In this document: positions 1 through 13,019 of the stretch, one piece after another | How the letters are laid out: each line of letters starts with the position of its first letter | Position numbering within the stretch: the stretch's first letter is position 1 | NCBI RefSeq assembly: GCF_006345805.1 | Contig: NC_042998.1 | Location: forward strand, 137,020,001-137,084,000 | Length of the DNA stretch: 64,000 bases | Direction of reading: 5' to 3' | Origin: Octopus sinensis | Taxonomy: Eukaryota | The notes under the pieces: generated by a model | Database searches by the model: none | What the model was told of the DNA's origin: nothing | The model's input: the letters and a program-made list of their open reading frames with translations, nothing else | Program-made: the position numbers and the translations under genes

Positions 1-1898
1 TACTTTTAATATCTCTCTTGAACCCTCCCCTCACTTCCTTCAGTTCCGGTCACAATATCAGTGACCTCTGGTCCACTATTGTTTCAATCTTTCTTATATC
101 CAGTCTAGATTTTTTGCTTGCTGCTGCTAACTTTGCAATTCGTCAACCCTCGTACATTGAATTACTACCCTACACGGCCCCATTCGATTTTGTATGCCAC
201 ACACTGTTTTGCTTGTACTCTCCAAAACGTCATATACTACATAAAGTTCAAATTTTTCACCGTATGTCTATGAGAAAACGGTGGGTGTTTTGTTGTTTGT
301 TTAAGAATGATTGAAAGTCCAATGAAATAAGAACGGATAAATAAAACTTGTTGCCAGCGACTTTAGTTCTTCAGGCCATGTGTCATGATGTTTATAGTCC
401 TTTACAAAAATATGGTATTCCTGATTACTAATTCCTACATGAACAACTATTAATTTCCCGCTATAGTCAGTAATTGACTAGCCAACTTCTATCTTTTCTA
501 CCTGCACATTGGTCAGCATCACACTTCCCATTCCATCCATTTACCCATACCCTTCTTCTTCAGACCCTCGAAATACTTTTCTTCCAGCTACTATGGTTTA
601 TAGAAAAAATTGTAATGGACTATTGCTACTACATCTAGGACAGTGGTCCCGTTAGACACACAGGTGACCTTGTTCTCTAGCGTTATTAATCTAGAAGTCG
701 TGCCTGTGTTCCATTAAGTAAGGCTGAATAATATTATATTACAATAACACACAGGATTGAACTTTTGTTGGTAAATTGCATCAAGAATATATAATGAATA
801 ATCCAACCTAATACCTTGTACAAACTCTCTCAGATTCTTTCCTTCTCCTTAGTAAATAAAGTAAAATGATTTCAACTAAGAATCAACATCAAGCCACGTA
901 CTCGGAAGTTTACTTGTTTATTTTATATTTATTACCTTGTATTGAAGATGTATTAACGTGTATAAACTTTTCATATCCAAAGCCCTGCATTTCACTCAAA
1001 TTAGACCAAGGGTAATAGGAATTTAAATGAATTTAAATAGAAGAAAATAAATGTAACATAGATATAAAATACTATATATAGTTTGTCGTACCATTTTATT
1101 AAATAGGGATTTGGGTTGTGATGACATCGCTGCAATTGAAATGGTCGTATTTTTAATAGTATCTATTGGCTATATGATAGGTAAAGTTTTCCCCCTATCA
1201 AAATATTTAGCTACCGTTGCCATTTCTAGCATAGCTAGTCGTCATTCACAAATGGAAATGGGATTGATAACATATACTCTGGTTTTGAGAAATATTACAG
1301 GTATTATATAGTTGAAAACAGGCATAGATAAGCCTTTGGCCGTGCATTAGTTGTGTGACAGATGGAAGAGGAGACGGCTGCACCAGCACCTAAATGATAG
1401 TCAGTACAGCAAACTAGAACAATGGGAAATGAAGTATTTTCCTTCAGGACACACTTGTCTGTCCTATCAAGAAATCGAGCTCGCCACATTGTGATCATGA
1501 GCCAAAGAGCACAACCATCAGAACACGCGCCAATGATTTGGGGTGGTGTAATATGTTTCTAAATATCTTTTAAGAATGAGAAAATATTGATCATAAACTT
1601 CTTTGACTGGCCTTCTCCTAATATAGACAGATACATCGAAGGATAGCAATATAATCCAACACACACTTATGATCTAAATAACATATCCTATGATCGAAAT
1701 AATATATTAAATTAGATTTGGTTGTAATACACTTAATCTGGGATCAGCAGATGTATCAACAATATATGCAATATAAGCTGGTTTGACATTGCTTACTGAT
1801 GCACGATGGTGTAGCAAAGGATTACTAAAACTGCAGTCAAACACACGTTCGACTTGGGAATATTGCAGACGAATGACAGAATCAATGATATAAAATGA

Positions 1899-1933
1899 TA
1901 TAAAAGTGAGATGAAACAGACAACAAGTCATTT
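1899..1933 (+). promoter_or_regulatory. TATA box plus initiator-like TCATTT of family 2 member A (predicted TSS ~1930)
   Basis: TATAAAAG lies 31 nt before the A of TCATTT; the arrangement recurs at 36539/36505 (-) and 62854/62888 (+). Confidence 0.7.
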
Positions 1934-1952
1934 CTCCATCGAAATGTTTAAC

Positions 1953-2219
1953 ATGAGCAGAATTGTTTGTTTGATTTATGCAGTCCTCCTGGTCGGACTA
2001 CTGCAGAGTCGTTTTGCAAGAAGTGAAATTTTGAATAGAGATGCTGAAGGTGCTGATGATGCTTCCTCTCTAGAAAAACGAAGCGACATTATGTCTGGTG
2101 GTGTATCTGGAGTTGCAGGTGATGGAGACCCTGGATATGTTCTATCTTCAAGAAGATATGCTATACACATAGCAAGACATCACTCTCATGATCATTCCGG
2201 CGGACACCACGGAAAGTAA
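1953..2219 (+). CDS. Secreted peptide precursor, family 2 member A (88 aa); predicted His-rich amidated C-terminal peptide YAIHIARHHSHDHSGGHH
   Basis: Signal MSRIVCLIYAVLLVGLLQS, acidic spacer, KR and RR sites, GK-stop. TATAAAAG at 1899 and TCATTT initiator-like motif at 1928-1933. Two paralogues in the window. An in-frame ATG at 1944 is an alternative start. Confidence 0.82.
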   Translation: MSRIVCLIYAVLLVGLLQSRFARSEILNRDAEGADDASSLEKRSDIMSGGVSGVAGDGDPGYVLSSRRYAIHIARHHSHDHSGGHHGK

Positions 2220-2519
2220 CATGGAACATGATGCTTCAGGTAAAGCGAAGTCCCCAGCTTTTTGAAATATAATTGAGTCATTTGAAAATCTTTACCAGGT
2301 AACGTATCCAATGAAACTTATTGTGGATTTATGTTTTAATTTAATGTTTAGATTCAAAGCTGATATAAATAAGTGCACAGAGATTCTTGAATTCTCTTTC
2401 TAATAATTTGGTATTTGTATTTTACATCATGGCAGACCACTGTGGAATGTTTCTATTACTTAGGTTTGTTACATGAAGAGTTTCGCTCCGCGCTGTGCTG
2501 TACATGACTATTTTGAATA

Positions 2520-2835
2520 ACCCAGACCGATATACACTGCACACAACACACACAAACACACACACACACATAAACACACACACACACAAACATACACACA
2601 CACATACACTCACACATACACACACATACACACACACATACACTCACACATACACACACACACATACACACACACATACACTCACACACACACATGCACA
2701 CATACATTCACACACACTCACACAAGTACACAAATATGCTCTCTGTCTTACACAAACACAAATACACGCAAATACACATACAAAAACAGACACAAATACG
2801 CGCACACACAAACACACACACACACAGACACAAAT
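2520..2835. repeat. (CA)n-rich microsatellite in the family 2A intron; representative of many (CA)n, (TA)n, (TATG)n and (GA)n arrays (e.g. 7670-7790, 19300-19440, 28610-28760, 29080-29165, 37750-37915, 39520-39975, 58690-59160, 59900-60115)
   Basis: Read directly from the sequence. Confidence 0.95.
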
Positions 2836-2918
2836 ACAGAGTCTAAAGAAAGTTGAGGCAGTTATGAGGGGAGAGAGACAGTAAAAATCTCATTGCTTTT
2901 GTTTTCCTTCTTTTTCAG

Positions 2919-2990
2919 GATATTTTAACATCAACGGACTGAAACCTGTAGCCAATATATGTTGAAATAAAATATGAAAGCACATCAAAT
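2919..2990 (+). other. Predicted non-coding terminal exon of family 2 member A (intron 2299-2918; AATAAA 2966-2971)
   Basis: Donor CCAG|GTAACG at 2299; polypyrimidine TTTTCCTTCTTTTTCAG acceptor; the homologous exon and poly(A) signal exist for member B. Confidence 0.65.
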
Positions 2991-4807
2991 TTGATTTATA
3001 TTTATTTAAAAGATCAGTATTGTTTTCTGCCAACATTTTATTTTCATAGAGCAGAGAAGTGTAAATAATTGTAGGAATTTATTATATCTACAATATATTT
3101 TCAACATTGATGAGTCAAATGCCAAACTCCTGTTCAGGTTATTATTTTAACTTTTTTCTTTAATGCTGTTTATGTTTAGGAGATAAATATAAACGTCATA
3201 GAATCTTGTTTTATATCTATATCTGTGAGCACAAAACAATATTTAAGTTTAATAATTTCTCAGAGAATATGGTAATCATAGTTTATACTGGGTTTTAAAA
3301 AAATATTAGAACCAAGAAGCCTATTTAGAAGTTTTAGAACGTGAGAACCACATAGAAAGTGAGATATATTGAACTGCATGTGTGTTGTACGGATCAAGTA
3401 CATTTAAATGATTGGGGACAGGTAGATTGTTCTAAGTGTAAATTAGGACATTTTATATATTGTAAAAATGTAAAATTATTAAAAGTATTTATAAAGACAA
3501 TAAGCTAACTCATGTAATTCAATTTAACATTGCTTTTCATTGTGCAAGAGTATATTCTGAAGATAAAACTGTTAAAATGTAATATATTTATTTTGCCACG
3601 AGGAAAAAGAGATGTGTAACTTTTGGGGACAGTACCTTTCATCGGAAAGGGGGTTTTTTGTAATAGTACCGAATGAATAGATCGGGCATATTCTCTATAC
3701 ATTCATCCAGGAACATCAAGAAAAGATCACTCTTCGGCAATGAGTGCTGTCTTAATTATTCTGTGTCTGTTTTTCCTCACCTCTGGCGTAATCGAGCACT
3801 CGCAAACACTAGTCCATCTGTCTGATCGAAAATAAAGCATTCAGTTTAGTACAAAGAATATAAATTTCTAGTTAGATGAACAGATCTTAAAATAGGAATA
3901 TAATTGCTCATCATGAAGAATAAGGACAACCATTAATAGATCGATATCATCTTTTAGTCGGTGTGATTTTTTATTGAAACAATATAATTAAAAGAGATGA
4001 AAACCAGAGATTGAAAATCTTTATGTATTTCCAAACGACCTTGAATATTCCTGAACAGTGAAGTTCATTTCCGAAAATTATAATCATCCTTGTAATAAAA
4101 ATTATTCAAATATAAACAAAAGTAATTCTAAAACCATAGAATATTACAGGAATCTTTTTTCATCTTCACAACTCAAATCCTAACATTTATATTATAGCAT
4201 GGCTACATCTCCATCTTCTACATTGCTCCAGATCTATGAATGCCTTTTACATTTGGTCCTACTATATTCTATGAAGCAACAACTACACTCGTATAACAGT
4301 ACTTTGACGTTGAAGTTGCTGGTTATACACACATTCTAGATAAATGTTTCACAACCATTTGCAGCTCAGCGACTCCTTTCGCTGGGTGATTTCTACAAGA
4401 GTCCCTCTCTTCATTATTTGCCAAGAATATTAACATTAAAAGAAACTTACTTTAATCGATCAGAAGTTTTGCTTATACTATACCATTTAGAATGTCTTCC
4501 CAAACAGATATATTTTTGTAAGGCAAAAACTTATATTGCTCCTTAATGTATCTGATAACACAATGTTTCCACTATTCCTATTCTACTCCTGGCAAAGGTT
4601 TATTAATATGCTTAAAAGATATGTATTGAACTTCGTTAAAATATTAGGTTGTCAAGAAAGTTCTTGCGGAATTTTTAATTTTCGTTTTAAATTATGTATT
4701 TTCAAGTTAATTTTCGTTAAATTACTTTGACTTTATGTATCATTTTAAAGCCGGTTTTTCGCTCTCTCTGAATAATTAGGCAATTTTTCCGGTACGTTGA
4801 ATACAAC

Positions 4808-5678
4808 ATGGACAAAATGCAAATTCACACAATTTTCTTATTCCAGCTCAACAAGGCCGAAAAGCTGCTGAAACAGCTAGCGATATCAACGATGCGTTTG
4901 GCCCAGAAACCACTAATGAATGTACAGCACAATGGTGGTTCAAGAAATTTCGAACCGGTCACGAGTCTTGAAGATGATAAGTGCAGTGGTCGGCCATCAG
5001 ATGTTGACAACGATCAACTAAGATCCTTAGTCGAAGCCAATCCACGCACAACTGTTCGAGAGCTTGCTTCTGAATTAGACGTAACGTACATAACAGTTTG
5101 CAACCGCTTGAAAGAGATTAGAAAAACAAAAATACTTGAGAAATGGCTGCCGCACGAATTGAACGACAACCAAAAAAAAAAAAAATGCCGTTTTGAAGTG
5201 TCGTCTTTCCTCCTTTTATGCAACAAGAACGACCAGTTTCTCGACCGGATTGTGACTTGCGATGAAAATAGATTCTTTACGACAATGAGCGACGCTCAGC
5301 TCAGTGGTTGGACGTCGACGAACTTCCACGGCGCTTCCCGAAGCCAAAGTTGCACCAAAAGAAGGCATGTTGACTGTTTGGTGGTAGTATACGTCTGGTC
5401 TCATCAATCACAGCTTTTTGGATCCAGGCGAAACCATTACGGCGGAGAAGTACTGTCAGCAAATGGATGAAATGCATAAGAAACTCCGACAACAACAGCC
5501 AGCATTAGTCACTAGAAAAGGACCAATTCTTCTCCACGACAACACTCAGCGCATATCTCACAACTGACCCCGCAGGAGTTGAAAGAATTGGGCTACGAAA
5601 CTCTGCCTCATCCACCATACTCACCAGACCTCTCTCCTACCGATTACCACTTTTTCAAGCTTCTCGACAACTTCCTGC
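4808..5678 (+). mobile_element. Degenerate mariner transposase (frameshifted, 3'-truncated)
   Basis: SGRPSDVDNDQL, KWLPHEL, IVTCDE and HPPYSPDL-type motifs across frames. Confidence 0.9.
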
Positions 5679-6685
5679 GTTGTAAAAAAATGGTTTGTTC
5701 CATGCTTGTTTTTCCGTTTTCGTTTCTCGTTGAGTTCTACGTCTAGTTGTGGTGTCCTGTACTCACGTATATATTTATATATGCATGTATATGTACATGT
5801 AGATGTAGGTACGTACATATATGTTTGTATGTATGCATATATTTTATTTATTACACTATTGTTTGACAGCGCCCTCGCGTCGATTAGATTCGATTCGTTC
5901 GTTTCGTTCCGTCCTTCTTCTTCTCCAAGTACTGTTTTATATATTAATTATGACGCGAAATTCTTTATCTCTTTGTTTTACCTTCCCTTCTCTCTCTCTC
6001 TCACTCTTCCTCATCTCTCTCTCAGCCGCTTGTCTTCCTCTATCTCTCTCTCTCTCTCTCACTCCTCCTCATCTTTGTCACTGCTAGCCAAAACTACTTC
6101 CTTTTTACATGCGGCCTTCAAACTGTGAACACACATTTGCTTTCCCTTGCGCTGCCAGAATCTCCTCCGTCTAAGCCAGAAAAAGGCCTTTTCGTTTGTT
6201 TTCTTGTTTATTTTTATTTCTCGTTTTGTATTTTCTTGTACATGTATTTCCATCTTGTATTTTATTTGAATTTTTATTTGTATCGTTTTTACGTCTTGTT
6301 TGTGTTACATTTTATTTATTTATTTATTTATTTTCTTTCTTGTTTTTACCCCTCTGCGAAGTAATTTTATTTTAATTCTCTCGCAGGAAGGGCTAGTTTC
6401 GGGGAGTCGTGTTCTGTCTTACCTTCGAAACACGCTAGAGTCGAACTAGAGACAGCTGATGAAGGGGATTTTTCCTTGTGTAGTTTGTCTTGTACTCTGT
6501 TTTTCTGTTGTAAAAAATGGTTTGTTCCATGCTTGTTTTTCCGTTTTCGTTTCTCGTTGAGTTCTACGTCTAGTTGTGGTGTCCTGTACTCACGTATATA
6601 TTTATATATGCATGTATATGTACATGTAGATGTAGGTACGTACATATATGTTTGTATGTATGCATATATTTTATTTATTACACTA
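5679..6685. repeat. Two ~180-bp direct repeats (5679-5858, 6507-6685) bounding an unclassified insert that truncates the mariner
   Basis: Near-identical GTTGTAAAAAATGGTTTGTTCC...TTATTACACTA copies; LTR-like, but no convincing PBS/PPT/TSD set. Confidence 0.7.
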
Positions 6686-6686
6686 C

Positions 6687-6722
<36 letters not shown>

Positions 6723-7676
6723 AGCCTGGCTCGGTGATAGCCTCACTGTTTGAGAGGGCCTTCGGATAAGGTCCTATGACACAGTCTTTTTGGGTTTTCA
6801 CCGGAGCCTTTAGCAGGTTATAAAAGGCGCTAGCAAATCACGATTTCTTGTCTTTGGTTCTAGTCCTTCTCAGGACTAACATCTGACCACAGAGCGACTC
6901 AACCATGTTCCAGCGACTCAGCCAGTTCCAGTTCTAGCGACGACCAGACCAGCCAGTTCCAGTGACCCAGCTGTGTTCCTGCTCCAGCAACGCCGACGCC
7001 ACACTCTCAACCGTCACCGTTCTCCATCTCCGTCGCCTTCATCTCCAGCAACACCAATACGTACACATCCGCTCGCTCAGGTTTAAACGTTACGCTGTAG
7101 TGATATTCACCGAAGAGAACAGCCCAGTCAGCCTGCGAGATTCCTGTATCAAGCAACCCGGCACGGCATAATAACCAAAACTTCTGACGTGTAGTAACTG
7201 GTACTGCCTCGTGACCTCAATTTCTTTTACAGAACTACAACTACTGTGTAGTTTACTACGAACTGGTAAACTAACTCCATTTTGTCATAAATACTCTGAG
7301 AGACTCATTCTATGCTCTGCACTGAATTCTGTTTCACATGCTTACACCTTGTTTGTACTTCTGTCACACACACGAACACACAGACATAAACACTTGTTGC
7401 ACGCACCGTTGTCATACTTACAACGGACACATGTCACACGCACACAGACACTCCACTCTGCTAGCACTCACACACACTCTTATTGTACACTTCTGTAAAT
7501 AAAGTCTTTCTTCTCCCAAACAATATAACGGTTGTGTCGTCTTTCTTATTCATTTTTGGCGCTTATTCTTTTATACCATGTATCTGGCTATTTTCTTTTG
7601 TTGGACGACCGTGCGGCGTTTAAAAGGAGACATTTCTGTCACCACCCTTTACGCACGGTCGTATTACTACACACAC

Positions 7677-7793
<117 letters not shown>

Positions 7794-9486
7794 AGTGTGT
7801 ATGCAGATCTTTAACCTGCTCAGTTGTCTTGTATAGGATGAAAGTGCAGCTGACATATGAAGACTGCTCAGACGTCTTTAACAGTTTTACACAAACATCT
7901 AAATCTCTCAGATGAATAAAAGGCCACATGGCTAACTAACAATAACTCACTCGCCATTTACACTACAACCACAACCTGATAGATTAGCTATTTCTTCTCT
8001 TTACCTCTCCGGTCATTTTTCTGATTACATCTACCTCTCTGGATAATCCCTTGAACCTATCTCACTTCTCCCTTCTCCAACGTTTCTCATTCTTCCAACC
8101 TACACTAAATACTTTACTCTTTCTGAGAGTTTAAAATTCCTGGCAGTTCCTTCTACTCCCACAGTTCACACAATTGTCAACCTACTGAACTGAACATAAA
8201 CAGAACCGATTTCGTTAAACTAGGAAATTATACAAATCTCATGGACACTCTCCTTCTCAGTTTAAAGAATCCGTGAAGCAAAGCATGCAATACTATCATC
8301 TGTGAAGCAAAAGAATCTAACGTGTATTGTTTTACGGATTGTAGACAGGGTCCCTCCCTAGTTTTTACTGGCTGGTGATGTCCTCAAATTACAGCTAATT
8401 TTTCTGTTCCCTTACCAGAATGATAGCTACCAATATACTCAGCATTTCTCAACTAAGTCAGCTGTCTAAGCAGAACTGCAGATATGAAATTCTCTATGTT
8501 TACTGTTGGGTACTTCATCAACTTAATGTTACACGTATCAAAACCACGTTAATATTATCCCTCTCCATTCATCCAGTTTTATTTCAGTGTACTTATACAC
8601 TATGTGTGTTAAGACACTCTCGATCACTTCAGACCAACAATGTCACCAGTTCTAACAATGCTTCCATTACACTCAAACAGATAATCTCATAAGATAGACC
8701 CTGTTCTCCCCAATCTCCCCCTTTTTAACCCACGCACTTCTGTCTCTCATCTCTTGGATTGCAGTGCATGCAGATGTGTGCTTTCTGATACACTCTGCAT
8801 TCACTCTAGCGTGGTGTCTTGGCAAGTGTCTTCTACTATAATCTTTAGCAGACCACAGCCTTCTGGGTGGATTTGGTACTCGGAAACTGAAACAAGCTCG
8901 TCGTTAGCTGTCATTAGCTGGCAATATTGCCCTACATGTTTAACCAAAGTTTACCATTAGCTTACAGTTTACCTTTATATAATGACTAAATATTCACTCT
9001 ACTACCATCAACAAAATTAATTGGCAGAGCCAAAATGACGGCGCCAAAAACGTTTGGAACCATATTCTACGACAGTGTTGTCAGACAGAAAGCTAACACA
9101 TTGTAAATAACTTTTTAGCTGTCAAATTAATTTTTGAAACCCCTAAAGAACATTCGAACTTCATCCACAAATAAAAAGCGGACAAACTCCTTCGATGAAT
9201 TACTAAAAAACTAACCACATTCTCGTATATTTCTAATAATAGTAATTTTTTATTTCAACCATTGAATCTAAGTTAATGCCTCATTTGTTAAACAGATGGT
9301 ACTATCAAATGTTATACTTTTATCGGAGATACGTATACTGGCAGGAGATGCGTTTTCTGGCAAAAGAATTGGGTCGTCCCATCGATAATGCGGCTTTTTT
9401 TTATACTTCTTTGATTTTTCAAAATTAAGATAAACAAAGTTTATTTTTAAACTAAATTATACTCGCTTCCATTTCCTACAAATTAC

Positions 9487-10568
9487 CTAGGAAATAAGCT
9501 CATCATCATCCGAAATGTGCTTCCCCTTCAAGAAAGACTTCATGATTGGAAAGAGATGGAAGTTAGATGGTGCAAGTTCGGGGGAGTAATGGGGATGAGA
9601 AAGGATTTTATAGCCGCAGGAGTGTGCTTTCATCTGAGCAATATGCGCATTGTAAACTGGGACATTATCTTGGAGGAGGCGGATTCCTTTGGTCAGAGTG
9701 CCACGGCTCTCTGCTTTGATGGTGCCCAGCAATTTCTGCAGCAGAGAAGCATAATATGCCCAGTTATTACAGAAAATTATGCACTTTTACAGAAAATTCA
9801 TCATCACTACTCCGCACTGGTACCAAATGACTGTGAGCAACACCTTGCCTGCTGAGGGTTAGACACGAGCCTTCTTTGGAGGTAGTGAGTTATAATGCTT
9901 CCATTGCCTCGACTGGATTTTAGTTTCAGGATCATAGTGAGGATCCATATTTCAACTTGTGTGATAAGTCTGCTGAAAAAGTCTTCCTTGTTTTCTTTGC
10001 ACATTGTCAAAAAAGCCTGGGAGCAATTGACTCCTTCCTGCTTCTAAAAAGTGGTGAGCATCTGGGGAATCCAATGTGCAAATGGCCGTGAATAACTTTT
10101 CCACGGACCCTACACTTACATTCACTTCTTGTTGCCGAATAGTCATGCAGCGATTCTCCAAAATGGTGGCGTCCACTTTTTGGGTGGTACCGTCATCGAT
10201 GGCGGAATGTGGTCGTCCAACAATACGAGTATTTTCCACCGATGTCTGACCACATTTGAACTGGCAATGGCAATGCTTCACTATATCGTATGAAGGTGCT
10301 TCGTTACCATAAACTTTTTTCATTTATCCAAAGTCTCTTTTGGTGTACGACCTTTCAAGTATAAGAACCTGATCACTGATCTGCTTTCAACTGCCTCCAT
10401 TAAAACACCTTAGTCTACTTCAGGAGCTGTAAAAGATAACGAATACTAATGGAAAGCTGAAATTTACAATGTGACATGCAGAGACATGTATGATTATACC
10501 TGTACAAGTTCCGTTTCCTGCAATAACCGGAATTGGGTCGGGGATAATCTTTAATGAACACCCCTCAT
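9487..10568 (-). mobile_element. Degenerate mariner element
   Basis: VYGNEAPSY, GRP, LLQDNVPVY and HPHYSPELAPSNFHLFP motifs; mariner-like end ATGAGGGGTGTTC near 10568. Confidence 0.85.
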
Positions 10569-11550
10569 ATATATATATATATAACGGGACATACAAGTAA
10601 CTTATCTGTATGTCCAACGGTAACGGTGCATACAGGTCACTTACCTGTATGTCTAACGGGAGCACTGTTCCAGATGTAGTAGCAATACTCCATTGCAATC
10701 TTTTCTATAAATCTTAGTAACTGGAAGAAAAGTATTTCCAGGCTCTGAAGAATGGATAAATGGATAGAATGAGAAGTGTGATTCTGACCAATGTATAGGT
10801 AGAAAAGATAGAATTTGGCTTGTTAATTATTGATTGCCCAACAACAGGCTGCCTATTAGCGGAAAATGAATTGTTGTTCATGTAGGAATCAGAAATCAGG
10901 AGTACCATATTTTTGTAAAGGACCATAAACAGCATAATGCATGGCCCGGAGAAGTAAAGTCGCTGGCGACAAGTTTTAGTTATCCATTCTTATTTCATTG
11001 CACTTTCAACCTTTCTGAAACAAACAAGGAAACACAGACCGTTTCCTCATAGATGGAATTCGTGATTGTAGGTTCTTGTGAGATAGAAGTTGAGGGAATG
11101 AAATATGATCGGCGATGGTACAGGCACGGGATTGACGTGCTAGTGTTGAATATAACTATGTTGAAGCTAAATAGTTTTCCACTTTGTGATACTTAATCTT
11201 GACGTTATTGACCTAAGCACAATGTGGAGTGGGTTGAAGAAATATAACTGATTTAGTATGAGTGGAGCAGAACAAGATAAAATAGATGTAGGTGTGAGAA
11301 TCAGAAAAATACGAGAAATTGAGAGACTTGTGTGGTAATGCGGAACGGAAAGATATAAGGAAATGAGGAATGCGTTAGAAAACATGTAGATGTAAATTCT
11401 GAGGTAATGAAAGGAATTTTTGAAGGTATTGAAAGAAGTTAATTAAGCACACATTAGATGACAAGAAATAAATTATAAAACTAAATCTTACATTTCGTTT
11501 TTGGATTTGGTTTGCAAGATACTTTATGTTAGTTTGTTTATTGAAGCATA

Positions 11551-11678
11551 TTCTGTTGTGTCTGGGGAGAGTCATTTTCTGTTTGTGCCTTATAATTTAA
11601 CACACTCACAGGTAAAATTTCTACTTATTTCCACTTATAAGGCACAAAAGAAAATGACTCTCCCCAGACATAACAGAA
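11551..11678. repeat. Hairpin: ~45-bp inverted arms (11551-11595 / 11635-11678), 39-nt loop
   Basis: TTCTGTTGTGTCTGGGGAGAGTCATTTTCTGTTTGTGCCTTATAA pairs with TTATAAGGCACAAAAGAAAATGACTCTCCCCAGACATAACAGAA. Confidence 0.85.
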
Positions 11679-11897
11679 CTAAATCTTTTACTTTGTAATT
11701 ATTATTCACTCACTAACAATTCGATACTGTCATGAACAGATAACAGACAGATAAACAGATTTCATTGCATTTAGGTTACGTAATCTTAGATTAAATAAAT
11801 GTAAATTACAGAGATGGAGATGGGGAAACATCTTGGTGACCAACCCCAACCAAAATAATTATGACGACAACGCTGCTGCATTTGCTTATAGAATTTA

Positions 11898-11929
<32 letters not shown>

Positions 11930-11965
11930 ACAAAGTGGAGTTTTGGGGTACCGCACGAGTGGAAT

Positions 11966-13019
11966 TATATACGAAAGAAGGTTTGAAAATGCAATTTAAA
12001 AGATGTTTATTTACTTTACCGGTTTCACACTTTGGAAAAAGATTGTCAAAAGTAACATGTGGAAGTTTGGTTGCGTTGATTATTGGTTGTTGCAAATTGC
12101 TACATTACATATATATATACAGTCTTTGGTAACAGGGACATGTTAAGGACATAAAAAAGTTCAACAAGTTCCTTAAAATATTGGGCACAAAAGATTACAT
12201 AAATAATCGTTCTCAAGGACATACTTAAGATAGTTTCCAGAAGGAATTGATATTGGTACTGTTGTCTTTGGTGACAACAGTATGTTGAGAATATAAAAAA
12301 GTTTAACAAGCTCATTGAAATAATGGGCAGAAAAGATTAAAACAAGTATATTATACATCTCAGGGTAATTTCCAGGAGGAATTATTAAAAAAAGTTCAGT
12401 ATACACATACAGAATATTATGAGTTCAAAAAGATTTACATTATTATAGTGGTGAAGTTAAAACTAACCTGTCCGTTTTAGGAGAAATGTGGAATTGAAAA
12501 AAATGTACCCTTTTTTTCTTTTTTTCTTTTTCTTTTTTTAATAATTCCTCCTGGAAATTACCCTGAGATGTATAATATATTTGTTTTAATCCTTTCTGCC
12601 CATTATTTCAATGAGCTTGTTAAACGTTTTTATATTCTCAACATACTGTTGTTACTAAAGACTGTATATTTATATGGATTATAGTACTCCGTGTCAACCA
12701 ATATTCTGTGCATGTTTGAATATACAGATACAGTACCAATATCAATTCCTTCTGGAAACTATCTTACGTATGTCCTTGAGAACGATTATTTATGTAATCT
12801 TTTGTGCCCAATATTTTAAGGAACTTGTTGAACTTTTTTATGTCCTTAACATGTCCCAGTTACCAAAGACTGTATATATATATGAAATGTAGCAATTTGC
12901 AACAACCAATAATTAACGCAACCAAACTTCCACATGTTACTTTTAACAATCTTTTTCCAAAGAGTGAAACCGGTAAAGTAAATAAACATCTTTTAAATTG
13001 CATTTTCAAACCTTCTTTC

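Noticed and set aside
1911-1952. Longer N-termini in the ORF track (MKQTTSHF.., 17770, 36563, 39338, 42596, 62866)
   Set aside because: These starts lie between the TATA box and the predicted TSS, or are non-ATG. The conserved ATG directly precedes the signal peptide.
2422-2884. Many ORF-track proteins made of VCVC, THTH, YIYI or MYVC repeats (also 7.5-7.9, 19.2-19.5, 28.6-29.3, 39.5-40.0, 58.9-60.1 kb)
   Set aside because: They are translations of stop-free microsatellites, not genes.
6906-7521. Possible BEL/Pao-type solo LTR (TGTT...AATAAA...AACA)
   Set aside because: No target-site duplication or second copy found; left unclassified.
9030-9150. ~110-bp similarity to 30040-30150
   Set aside because: Most likely an ordinary dispersed repeat fragment with no link to the peptide genes.
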